DNA of 64,000 nt, taken from Mizuhopecten yessoensis (Eukaryota). The stretch is from the NCBI RefSeq assembly GCF_002113885.1, contig NW_018405900.1, positions 1,349,392 to 1,413,391 on the forward strand. Direction: 5' to 3'. Below are positions 12,452 to 23,844 of this stretch, piece by piece. A model generated the notes under the pieces. That model saw only the letters and a program-made list of their open reading frames with translations. It ran no database searches and had not been told where the DNA came from. Made by a program: the position numbers and the translations under genes. How positions within the stretch are numbered: the stretch's first letter is position 1; every line of letters begins with the position of its first letter.

Positions 12452-13308
12452 ATGGATCCAACAAGGCCTAAACCTTTACGAGGGAAGCAGTGCTGTGTTT
12501 TTGGGTGTATGCATTTTTATTTTTTTTTGCCAGCGGGATTAGAGACAAAGCATTTTTTTTCAATATAACCAAGTCTGTGCTTGAATCAAAAAACAAAAAA
12601 GGACAGATGGTGTACTTTGATAAAAAGACAGGATGGCAGGGATGGATTTTCATTTTACAAGAAAACAGTCATCTGCGAGGACCATTTCTGCCCAGATCAG
12701 ATTCATGTTTCTCTGGTTACCAGAAAATGGACCCTGAAATCAGGTGAGGAGCCATCTGAATTTTAATGGAAAACTTAAGCTGTTCCCCGAAAAGAACCAA
12801 AGGAAATGGAATGAATTTAGGTCACCTTTAGGAAATAAAGCTGTCAACGACCAGATAAGGGATTGTGCAGGTAATTGGAATGAGACACATGTACCTCAGA
12901 CATTCAAAGAGGTGGGAACACAGACAGACCTAGACATTATTTCCCCTATGGATCCACCAGTTGTTGAAGACAATGAACATAGCTACAATGAAAACATTGT
13001 AGAGATCATGTTGCAACTAATATTGTATCTCATTTAAAAGATACAATTGACAGTCTCACTCGACAGGTTGACAAGCTACACATGAAGCAAAAAACAATGT
13101 CAAATACCATCACTGACCTTCATAATCAATGGGCCTTCTTTGAATCCAACAGATTTGAAATAGACAAAGTTAAAGAGGATAAAAACGCTATGCTTTTTTT
13201 ACGGGATTTCAAAACTATGGTGTTTCAGGTCTGTCTTTGAATATTTGGAACCAAAAGCCAAAAATCTACAGTACTGGCGTGGTACAGGAGAAACAGGTGA
13301 ACCAAAAC
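12452..13308 (+). pseudogene. THAP-domain transposase N-terminus (ISL2EU/Harbinger-like), frameshifted and truncated before the DDE domain
   Basis: MDPTRPKPLRGKQCCVFGC...DRWCTLIKR...VICEDHF...LKSGEEPSEF (THAP C2CH), then a coiled coil and TGFQNY..VFEYLEPKAKNLQYWRG. Confidence 0.75.
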
Positions 13309-13735
13309 TCAAATGGTAATCAAAGCTATTTTGCCATTCTTAGATATTTTTAAATAAAATTTTGGATCCCGGCAGGCTTCTTCTACAGTATAACCCAATT
13401 TGCTGAATGGGCATTTGCATTCCAGTCCACCATTTTGGTTTTCCACAGTTGGGTCGTATACACGACCATCCAAACGTGCACCAATCCCAGACCTGTCTTT
13501 CGATATAACTAGACCTGCTGCAGAGACAAACACATCACATCCCTCTTTCTGTTTTTCCTTCACATACGCTGCAATAGCATTTACCTCATTATCTTTCCCA
13601 AAGTCGATAGAACGTGTAGATGGATTTCAATACAATACTGATTGTAAAATACCATCTGGATTTTTACAACATTTTGAAAAATTTCCAAAATTAGATGATG
13701 TCATTTTGTGTTTATGTAAAAGTTTCCAATATTGA
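13309..13735 (-). pseudogene. YqaJ/lambda-exonuclease-like nuclease fragment (ISL2EU partner ORF)
   Basis: YWKLLHKHKMTSSNFG...FGKDNEVNAIAAY...GLVISKDRSGIGARLDGRV...GLECKCPF: YqaJ motifs including PD-(D/E)xK; one internal stop. Confidence 0.8.
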
Positions 13736-15006
13736 CAAGATAGCAGGATTGAGATATATTTTATTTGAATTTAACTGTTATATAAATATATACATATATG
13801 GTTTACATATATGATAGCATATGATACTGTAAATCTGTAAAACAATGGGGGAAAAAATAGATGAAATAGTAACGTTTTGTTAACTTTCAAGTGCAAGTGG
13901 ATTAGAAAAGTTAGATTGTCAAGAACTGAACAGGCCAAAGCGGGACTGAAGACAAAGTTTGCTGCTATCTAAAATCTGTTTAAATTTTGAATAAGTAAAA
14001 TAATTACGAAGAAGCAATAGTATGGAATCAAATCGAAATTTGCTGAAACTGCTGTCTCCAATGAACATCTCCTAATAAGGATTCGGGTTATGCAAAGATG
14101 AGGTCTACATCACCATTTCTGATGCAATTATTTTTCTGTCGCTCACTATACCTATATGTTAATCATCATCGTACGTAGACACCCATTTATTATTCTGATT
14201 TGTTCCTCCCTGTCCCCCAACTTCTTTCCTACATACAATGCATACAATTCAGGAAGCAATATGGGGAGCAATATGCAGATGAGAAGACTCCCTACTATTT
14301 TTATATATAATTAAAAATGGAAATCCAATGCATAACAAATCTATCATTTCTATCTTGCAGACTAATATAAAATTGAATACATGAACACCACCAAGAAGTA
14401 GTTGCCTCTTCACAAGACGACCAGTCTTTCAACGAGGCCAATACCTGCGAATTACCAATCAACTTATTCGGGGCCGTAGCTCATTGTCCGATTATATCAC
14501 TTTATCATCAGATGATGTGATAGCAAATGTTCGGTTTCGGGTATTTACCAAAATGGACCGGAGTTGAATTACCGAAATGGAGGGAAATGGGCTTTAAATT
14601 GGCATTATTGCAATAGAATGGGCCCTAATATGCATTCTTCGTCACCAACTGGAGTCATACGTAGAAAATTGGGCGTTAATTTTGTTTACATCTATTTTAA
14701 ATTAATTTTTCAAAATAACGCAATTCACGGTACGATCTTCGTTACCGAAATGGAGGGCACTGGGCCTTAAATTGGCATTATTTCTAGAGAATGGACCCAT
14801 ATAGGCATTTTTTATAACCCAAGAGAGCTAGATGTAACATATAGGTAGTTAAATTTGACTGGAAATAATTTTAATAGCTGTTTAAACGTAATAATATTGT
14901 TTGACTTTCAAGGTCACAGGGGTCAATTCAACTCCATCTCGGTAAATACCCTCTATAACCAACACCCCAAATGATATTTTGAAACATCTATACATATATA
15001 TATACC

Positions 15007-15318
15007 TTTATATTCAGCTGTTAGCCCTTCGATATTTTTTAACTTGGACACCTGGTCCTCCATCAGTCCCACCAACGGCGAACAGATCAAAACTTTGCAT
15101 AAATCGAGCTCCTGTCCAACTGTTATCTCGCGCTTCACCGAAGGCAACATCTGGTACGGTAAAGATTTACCGAAATCAGTCAGTAAAATTGCCATGCAGT
15201 CTCTCCCATTCAACAGACAGTCCAGTATTCCTCTTTGTTCCTTCTTCAGATTTTCTATTTTGAACCTGTTCACGATCTTTCTAAATGCAGAATCTATTAC
15301 ATCGTCCTTTGTCACCAT
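15007..15318 (-). pseudogene. RecQ-like SF2 helicase N-terminal exon of AcademH (remainder deleted)
   Basis: LKKEQ (motif 0), GRDCMAILLTDFGKSLPYQ (degenerate Walker A), ICSPLVGLMEDQV (motif Ia); ends at a donor AAAG|GTATAT; starts about 80 nt inside the right TIR. Confidence 0.85.
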
Positions 15319-15677
15319 CTTGTTTACGAACAATCCAAGCGTCTGAGAGAAAATCAATCTCATTGGATGATAATGGATGACCTATGCTTATTAGAAAATG
15401 TCACTGGAACGCTGTTTCCAATGGGGCTCCGTCAGATCTCCATAACGTAGTGTAATGAGAGATCTGATTTTAATTAGATTGTGTATGCGTGTGTGTTTTG
15501 GGAGGTGCGATATGTTCTTGTTTGTCTCCTTGTGATAGCGCGGAACTGATGCCGACTTTATAATGCTATCTCACTGAAACAAACTGTCGAAGACACCCAG
15601 CAGGACACATTATACTGACAACGGTGAACCAGTCAACAATAGTGACAACTATGAAAAAATTAATAAATATATATACT

Positions 15678-16172
15678 TCATTTAAGGACGTGTGTGTTAT
15701 GTATGCGCTTATGTGTGTCGGAGGGTATAATGGTGTATTTGCCTCCTGGTCATAGCACGGATCTGATGCCGACTTTATAGTGCTATCTCACTGAAATACT
15801 ATGCCGAAGGCACCAAGCACAGCAGAACATTAAGCAGGGAATAGCAAGTACCATTTTTAAGGACTTTGGTATGTCCCGGCCTGGGAACATAACCCTTTGC
15901 CTTTCCCACCTGGGCGGAGGCTCATCACGAAAGCCAAAATTGAGGTTTTGCCAAGCAAGAGTCTAGGAAATGAAAGGTAGTTTAGAAAGACATATACAGA
16001 TCCAAAATATTTCGGAGAGTGTACATATGTAGCAGATTTATTTTGGGCGCTTTTGTATCCCCAAGTGGAGGACACAAAAACAAAATCCCAATGCTGCAGG
16101 GTGTCGCATATTAGTCGCCTCTTCCAATACATGCTTAGGGTTACAGCTTTACTCAATCCCCCGACCTGCAGG
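15678..16172 (-). mobile_element. SINE family A copy including the 5' accessory module
   Basis: Reverse complement of the 17.7 kb and 51.1 kb copies (ggactttggtatgtcccggcctggg, ttagtcgcct, cccgacctgcagggg). Confidence 0.7.
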
Positions 16173-16299
16173 GGTGACCTGGGCTGTAAATAGTTGTCAG
16201 CGTGCGAGTGTAGAATTAAACGATCTTAAGTTATAAAAACATCTTCATGTTAAATCATATCCTGCATAATTGAGGCTGGCGTGTGTGCCCTCTTACTTG

Positions 16300-16880
16300 A
16301 ACTTTCGCCCAAGCGAGGACGGAACCTGTACAGGTTCGGGGAAAGTATGATCGTAAGAGGTGACTAATGAGGGGCGCCTGCAGAATTGGGGGTGGTTTCT
16401 TCCTTGTCGTCTAAGGAAACCAAACTCGATCTGCTGCAGGTTGGGGATTTAGAACAGAATACACCCACTTCATTGGTATCTTAAAAGGCGACTAATGAGC
16501 GAATCCCATGCAGAATGAGGCATTTACTAAAACGATCTGCTGCACCCATTGCAATATTTGAGATCTTCATATTTTGTTTTGATTTCTGACTACCTTTTAT
16601 TTTCTATAGACTTATGCTTGACAACACCTTACTTTTGGCTTTAATGCTGAACGATTACCCAGGCCGGGTCATGCCAAAGTTATGAAATGGTAGTCGTTAT
16701 TTCCCCGCACAACGTTCAGCATTTTAACTAGTGACAACAATTGGTTATCCCGTTGCTGTGCTGGGTGCATTCGGCAAGTTATTTCAATTGGGCCGGCATC
16801 AGAACCGCGCTTTCCTAAGGAAGCATGCACATATATTATACACATGGAGGCACGTCCTTACATGACCATAGCTAAACCAC
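16300..16880 (+). mobile_element. SINE family A, degenerate copy with a duplicated 5' module
   Basis: Two tcgtaagaggtgactaa / tcttaaaaggcgactaa + ctgcagaat units, then ccaggccgggtcatgccaaag and the tail. Confidence 0.6.
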
Positions 16881-17719
16881 TCCAATCTTCCGATGGCCGG
16901 GTATATCAGTTGGTTAGAGCGATAGTATAACAATCTGATGTCTATTTCTCGTTTACACACTGTTGCTGATATTGGTTTGTTCATTTCATCATTTTTTTCT
17001 CTCGCAAAAGTCACGCATGTTATGCTTTTCTTTACAGAAATAATTTATCAAAGCGATTGTGAAGCCGGAAAAACATTTTTGGCAGTAGTACGGATCCATA
17101 TGGAATTTACCATTGCAAGCTGTTCAATCAAATTGAGACAAAACCGGCACAGGTATTTAACTACAGGAAAATTGCAACAATATATAAAGGTTTTTTTATT
17201 TTTAGCTCCAGGAATCTCTTGTGACTCTGCGTATATCGGCATTTGCAACGAAACTGTGCCCACTGTCCAAAGGGAGGTAATCCTAATCGCGTGTGCTATG
17301 TAAACAATTGATATCGATAAATCTTATATGTGTATCTTATGCGTCGCTTTTCAGTTACACAATATTGGTATTTCATATCACATAAAAATAATATGGTATA
17401 TTGTTTAAATTACAAGCGCATCCATTTGGAATTTATCGACATGTGTTTTCGTAACCGGCATCGTGGTATAAATACATTTCACATCTGTACTGCGTTAAGT
17501 GCGTTAGTTGTGTTTTGTTATTTCTCACTTCCGGTCTTAAACCAGTAGAAGTTAAAAAGAGGTTACAGGTCACGGAACGGAGGAGGTTGAAGCGAGCTAT
17601 GAGATCTGTCCCCATGCCGGGACATACAAAAGTCGTAAAAAATGATATTTGTTAGTTGTTATTCCCTACAGTGTACTTAACCTTCCACAATTAGGACAAC
17701 TGGTTTACCACAAGACGCA

Positions 17720-18256
17720 CCCCTGTTTGAACTCCCTGCAGAATTGGGGATTTCTATTTGAGGACACAAAACGACCAAAAAAAACCTGCTTCACCCATTG
17801 CAATTTTGAGGGATCTTCATCTTTCTTTCTGCTTCTACATGTAACTACCTTTTATTTCCTAACGCCTTGCTTGGCAGCACCTCTTTTTTGACGTTCGCCC
17901 AGGTGAGGAAGGCAATGGGTTCTGTCCCCAGGCCGGGACATGCCAAAGTCCTTAAACATGGTAGTTGTAATTCCCTGCTTAACGTTCAGCATTTAGGGGA
18001 ATGGCAACTACTGGTTCACCCGTTGTCAGGACTTACCAGACGGAATGCTGTTCTGGTTGCCTTCGGCATGATATTTCAGTAAGATAGCACTATAAAGTCG
18101 GCATCAGATCCGCGCTATTACAAGTAGGCAAGTACACTAACATATCCCGTCTCCAGCACACATACACGCATGCTTACACAACATACACGGAGGCACGTCC
18201 TTAATTACATTAGGTGTTACTATGACGGTAAACAAAATAAACCAAACCAAACCAAA
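17720..18256 (+). mobile_element. SINE family A, near full-length (tRNA-like head, Meta/MESC-like domain, (AAACC)n tail)
   Basis: gttcgcccaggtgaggaaggcaatgggttctgtccccaggccgggacatgccaaagtc..atggtagttg..ccctgcttaacgttcagcatt; ends aaaccaaaccaaacc. Confidence 0.75.
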
Positions 18257-18712
18257 TCTTAGCTATCTTTTCGAAATACTATTCATTACGATTATTTCTA
18301 TGTATTGTAAGCTAAAGTTATAATAAATTTATAAATATTTACCAATAACTGTTTATAACCTTTCAAAATATTTGACCCGTCATCCTCGATTTCGTTGATA
18401 TTGTGACGTCATTGTTTGAAGTAATTACTTTACTCGACATCAATAATTATAACTACCAACCACCAATTACATCTATTTGAAAAGTGATTGTTAACATCAA
18501 GCAAAAATGGAATATCAAGGTTTTAGCATTATTTTTTGTTGTTTTGTTTGTATCTCTTTAGATTAAACAAGCAAATAGAAGAAAGGACATACATTCTCTG
18601 TCTGATTACATTGAGGAAATCAAGAATACACGTGTTGTGTCCCACTACATATCGTAAAAGGCGACTAATGTGGGGCTGCAGAATCGGGAGTTCTCTTCTG
18701 TGTCCTCTACAA

Positions 18713-21465
18713 AGGGGACATAGAAGGGGACATGGAAGGGGACATAGAAGGGGACATAGAAAGGGACATAGAAAGGGACATGGAAGGGGACATAGAAGGG
18801 GACATAGAAGGGGACATAGAAGGGGACATAGAAAGGGTCATGGAAGGGGACATGGAAGGAAGGGGACATAGAAGGGGGCATAGAAGAGGACATGGAAAGG
18901 GACATAGAAAGGGATATGGAAGGGGACATAGAAGAGGCCATGGAAGGGGACATAGAAGAGGACATGGAAGGGGGCATAGAAGAGGATATGGAAGGGGACA
19001 TAGAAGAGGATATGGAAGGGGACATAGAAGGGGACATGGAAGGGGGCATAGAAGAGGACATGGAAAGGGACATAGAAAGGGACATAGAAAGGGTCATGGA
19101 AGGGGACATGGAAGGGGACAAGGAAGGGGACATAGAAAGAGACACGGAAGGGGGCATAGAAGAGGACATGGAAAGGTACATAGAAAGGGACATAGGAAGG
19201 GACATAGAAAGGGACATGGAATGGGACATAGAAGGGGACATAGAAGGGGACATAGAAGGGGGCATAGAAGAGGACATGGAAGGGGGCATAGAAGAGGACA
19301 TGGAAAGGTACATAGAAAGGGACATAGGAAGGGACATAGAAAGGGACATAGATAGGGACATGGAAGGGGACATGGAAGAGGCCATGGAAGGGGACATAGA
19401 AGAGGACATGGAAAGGGACATAAAAAGGGACATAGAAAGGGACATAGATAGGGACATGGAAGGGGACATGGAAGAGGACATGGAAGGGCACATAGAAGAG
19501 GATATGGAAGGGGACATAGAAGGGGACCTGGAAGGGGGCATAGAAGAGGACATGGACATAGAAGGGGACATGGAAGGGGACATAGACGGGGACATGGAAG
19601 GGGACATGGATAGAAAGGGACATAGAAAGGGATATGGAAGGGGACATGGAAGGGGAGATAGAAAGGGACATTGAAGGGGACATAGAAGAGGACATGGACA
19701 GAGACATAGAAAGGGACATAGAAAGAGACATGGAAGGGGACATGGAAGGAAGGGGACATAGAAGGGGACATGGAAAGGGACATGGAAGGGGACATGGACG
19801 GGGACATAGAAAGGGACATGGAATGGGACATAGAAGGGGACATAGAAAAGGACATGGAAAGGGACATAGAAAGGGGCATAGAAAGGGACATGGAAGGGGC
19901 CATGGAAGGGGACATAGAAGAGGGCATGGAAGGGGACATGGAAGGGGACATATAAAGGGACATGGAAGGGGACATAGAATGGGACATAGAAAGGGACATA
20001 GAAGGGGACATGGAAGGGGACATAGACGGGGACATGGAAGGGGACATGGAAGAGGACATAGAAGAGGACATGGAAAGCGACATAGAAAGGGACATGGAAG
20101 GACATAGAAAGGGACATGGAAGAGGACATAGAAGAGGACAATGGAGTGGGACATGGAAGGGGACATAGAATGGGACATAGAAAGGGACATGGAATGGGAC
20201 ATAGAAGGGGACATAGAAGGGGACATAGAAGGGGGCATAGAAGAGGACATGGAAGGGGGCATAGAAGAGGACATGGAAAGGTACATAGAAAGGGACATAG
20301 GAAGGGACATAGAAAGGGACATGGAAGAGGACATAGAAGAGGACAATGGAATGGGACATGGAAGGCGACATAGAAGAGGACATGGAAGGGGGCATAGAAG
20401 TGGACATGGAAGGGGACATAGAAAAGGACATGGAAAGGGACATAGAAGGGGACATGGAAGGGGACATCGAAGGGGACATGGAAGGGGACATAGACGGGGA
20501 CATGGAAGGGGACATGGATAGAAAGGGACATAGAAAGGGATATGGAAGGGGACATGGAAGGGGACAAGGAAGGGGACATAGAAAGAGACACGGAAGGGGG
20601 CATAGAAGAGGACATGTAAAGGGACATAGAAAGGGACATATAAAGGGACATGGAAGGGGACATAGAATGGGACATAGAAAGGGACATAGAAGGGGACATA
20701 GAAGGGGTCATGGAAGGGGACATAGAAAGGGACATGGGGGACATAGAAAGGGACATGGAATGGGACATAGAAGGGGACATAGAAAAGGACATGGAAAGGG
20801 ACATAGAAGGGGACATAGAAGAGGACATGGACAGAGACATAGAAAGGGACATAGAAAGGAACATGGAAGGGGACATGGAAGGGACCTAGAAGAGGACATG
20901 GAAAGGGACATAGAAAGGGGCATAGAAAGGGACATGGAAGGGGGCATAGAAGAGGACATGGACATAGAAGGGGACATGGAAGGGGACATAGAGGAGGACA
21001 TGGAAGGGGACATGGAAGGTGAGATAGAAAGGGACATGGAAGGGGACAGGGAAGGGGACATAGAAAGGGACATCGAAGGGGACATGGAAGGGGACATCGA
21101 AGGGGACATGGAAGGGGACATAGAACGGGACATGGAAGGCGACATAGAAGAGGACATGGAAGGGGGCATAGAAGAGGAGATGGAAAGGGACATAGAAAGG
21201 GACTTAGAAAGGGACATAGAAAGGGACATAGAAAGGGATATGGAAGGGGACATGGAAGGGGACATAGACGGGGACATGGAAGGGGACATGGAAGAGGACA
21301 TAGAAGAGGACAATGGAGTGGGACATGGAAGGGGACATAGAATGGGACATAGAAAGGGACATAGAAAGAGACATGGAAGGGGACATAGAAAGGGACATGG
21401 AAGGGGACATAGAAGAGGACATGGAAGGGGACATAGAAGGGGACATGGAAGGGGACATAGAAGAG
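18713..21465 (+). repeat. About 2.75-kb purine-rich 12-bp minisatellite (GGGGACATAGAA/GGGGACATGGAA variants)
   Basis: Directly visible; produces the spurious MEGDIE/GHRR/MSPS/VPFY/CPL ORFs. Confidence 0.97.
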
Positions 21466-22442
21466 ACCAAAATGGATCGCCTCCCCCCTTGAGATCCTTT
21501 CCGGTTCCTGTTTACTGCCTTTTTTTCTAACTGCATTCTGTTTCAGACGGTGTCTCCCAAGGCACCGTCCTCTTGTGACCTTGGATGATGCAAGGACGCT
21601 AAACCGCAAAAAAACACTTCCTGAACCCATGAACACATACTTATCATGCTTCGACTTTGATTTTGTGCTCAACTTGTCAAGCGTAAACATAACATAGAAT
21701 ACTGCATTCAGCTTATAGTCTCTCTAAATTCTTTAGAATCATTGACAATATGTGATTTTATGTAATTTATCAGGAAAAGAATAAAGACCTGAACAAATCA
21801 TTTTGCGTTGCTAGTTCAACGGTTTCAACCAGCTAATGCTGAAAGGAGAACGGCAGGCTCAGATATGAACCGAGAGTGACATCTAGAAAATTTGACACAT
21901 GTTCATCGACGGGGCGAGACGTGCCTGACCGAAATTAAAATGCTGAAAATCACTAGTTTACATTTTTTCCTCTTGTAAAACACGGTCGATTCACCTGTAT
22001 ATCTTACGACATCATCTAAAATCAAGTTTCAACAGAGATATTCAAAAGTGATCAAAGTTTGAGCATGAGGAGGTGTTCATTAATACCGGGCCAAGAGTTT
22101 TTTTGTATCTAATGTCATTTTGGAACTTCATAATAATAGACAAAAACAAATGCATTTCCGAATTTTATTTCATTGAAAGCCATGTGAACGAAAGCGTTGG
22201 AGCAAAACTGACGAAATTTAAACATTTAATGAATCCGTTCCATATCCCCTCATTATTTCATTTCACGGCCCGATGACTGCATCGTTTGTCGTACAGTTTC
22301 CTACTCGGGTGTTCATTGAATATTCTTTGAATAATTTCACTTTCAGTTTCCTTATTTGTGGCCGACATCTAATCGCTAGTCACAGCGATAGATCTTCTGC
22401 TTGCCGAGCTTCTTCAATATTTTTCTTTTGCTCATAGCATTT

Positions 22443-22502
22443 CTACTTCCTTTTCATTGTAGATAGCATGAAAACTGTCTCATCGTCAGCCTTCCATGAT
22501 TT
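22443..22502 (-). CDS. FABP/iLBP-like gene 2, exon 4 (KSWKADDETVFMLSTMKRK*)
   Basis: Acceptor ttttcag|, phase 0, TAG at 22445-22443; candidate AATAAA at 22169-22164. Confidence 0.8.
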   Translation of the reverse strand, partial: KSWKADDETVFMLSTMKRK

Positions 22503-23466
22503 CTGAAAACAAAATTAATTTTCATTAAGAAAATATATACCATCTTATAATATAACAATGTCATGTAATTTCCAAATCACTTTATTTATTTATTTTCCAA
22601 TCGAATTAGACCATAGTAAAATGAAACCAGCAGTATGTTGTTAGTGTAGTTGAATAGATAACGTTTGATTACCTGATGGATTTTCGTCATTTAATTTTTC
22701 ATAACTTTTTTTTTCTTTTCATAAACATGCTTAAACTCAAAAAGACGTGCATAGTCGTTCAACCATTATAACCAACCATCGCGAAAACAACAGCAGCATC
22801 AACAAAAGTGTATACTATCTTGTTGTGGCTATTTTACACTATTCAATCGATCGGCATTTGCCATTATGTGCCCCTTGCTGGAAAAAAACCCTTATTGGAT
22901 TTGTATATCTGATGATCATATATATATACCTTCACTAGTACTGTATAGACAGGCACAATGTAGAACATTTCAGTATAACTGATTTAATTGAAAGCATACA
23001 GATTTGACCGAGTTGGGTGTCGTCAAAGAAAAATGACGTCACAACCAACAAAAACTCTGATTTCTTTTGTCATATGATTTCTCCCGCCCTGCCTAAAATT
23101 AGTTTGACAACCCTAGTGGAATATATCCTCGTACAGAATAATATGCGCTAAATTGTGACGTCATTAAAACGTGAATGGCGATATGGATACGCCACACGTG
23201 CTTTTGTTTACAAATATGCCAGACTACTATCGAAGGTGTTGTGACTGATATATATATATATATATATATATAGTGTGACGGGAAAAAATAATCAACCCCT
23301 TACTAAAGGTGCAACAGAAAATCTACAACCCTCGAGGTAATAATTTGGTAGTCAAACCCTCGGCAGATTCTCGGGCTAGGCAAGTAAAATATTTACTCTC
23401 CGGGTTGCAGATTTTTCCGTCGAATTCTCAAGTTAAAGGAATATGCTATTCATCTGAATCACTTAC

Positions 23467-23577
23467 GACAGTCATGATGTCATCCTTTATAGATCGTTTT
23501 GTCTTTGTCCCCGGACTGCTACCGTCTGTTGGGACTGCTGATTCTTCCGACTCGCAACCATTCATCGTTGTTTCGCA
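23467..23577 (-). CDS. FABP/iLBP-like gene 2, exon 3 (CETTMNGCESEESAVPTDGSSPGTKTKRSIKDDIMTV)
   Basis: Polypyrimidine tract + aag| acceptor, GTC|GTAAGT donor; 111 nt; T-x-R-x-I-x-D-x-x-M motif of FABP exon 3. Confidence 0.85.
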
Positions 23578-23844
23578 CTTGAACAAAAAGGAGAGAGTTC
23601 TGAAGATTCATATTCTAGGTTAAAAACGAGCAACATACAAAGGTTAAAAAGTCTATGGAGGCCCTTTCAAAAATACCAGGATAAAAAGAGCAGATGTTCC
23701 ATAAACGTAAGAGTCTTCTGTTTCATTGACGACATCCGTTATGTAAATCTTGGTCAAATCCAAATAAAGTCACGTCCTCAAAGCGAGAATCAGAGTGGCC
23801 ACACAAAAATAAAAAGTTGAACTAATGAGAGTAAAAAAAGCATC

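Larger units (their letters stand above)
6543..15481. mobile_element. AcademH-type DNA transposon (decayed, internally deleted, with nested insertions)
   Basis: 82-bp TIRs CAATCTAATTAAAATCAGATCTCTC... (6543-6624 / 15400-15481, 3 mismatches); 9-bp TSD TGTATGCGT (6534-6542 / 15482-15490); + strand DUF6589-like transposase and convergent RecQ-like helicase. Confidence 0.85.

Noticed and set aside
14953-15363. Host RecQ/WRN/BLM helicase gene
   Set aside because: Single exon with a degenerate Walker A, inside TIR/TSD-bounded DNA; it is transposon cargo.
18536-21690. Long ORFs (743 aa, 950 aa, 473 aa, 394 aa) with MSPS/VPFY/CPL/GHRR/EGD repeats
   Set aside because: They are open in several frames on both strands because the 12-bp unit lacks stops in those frames; satellite artefact.
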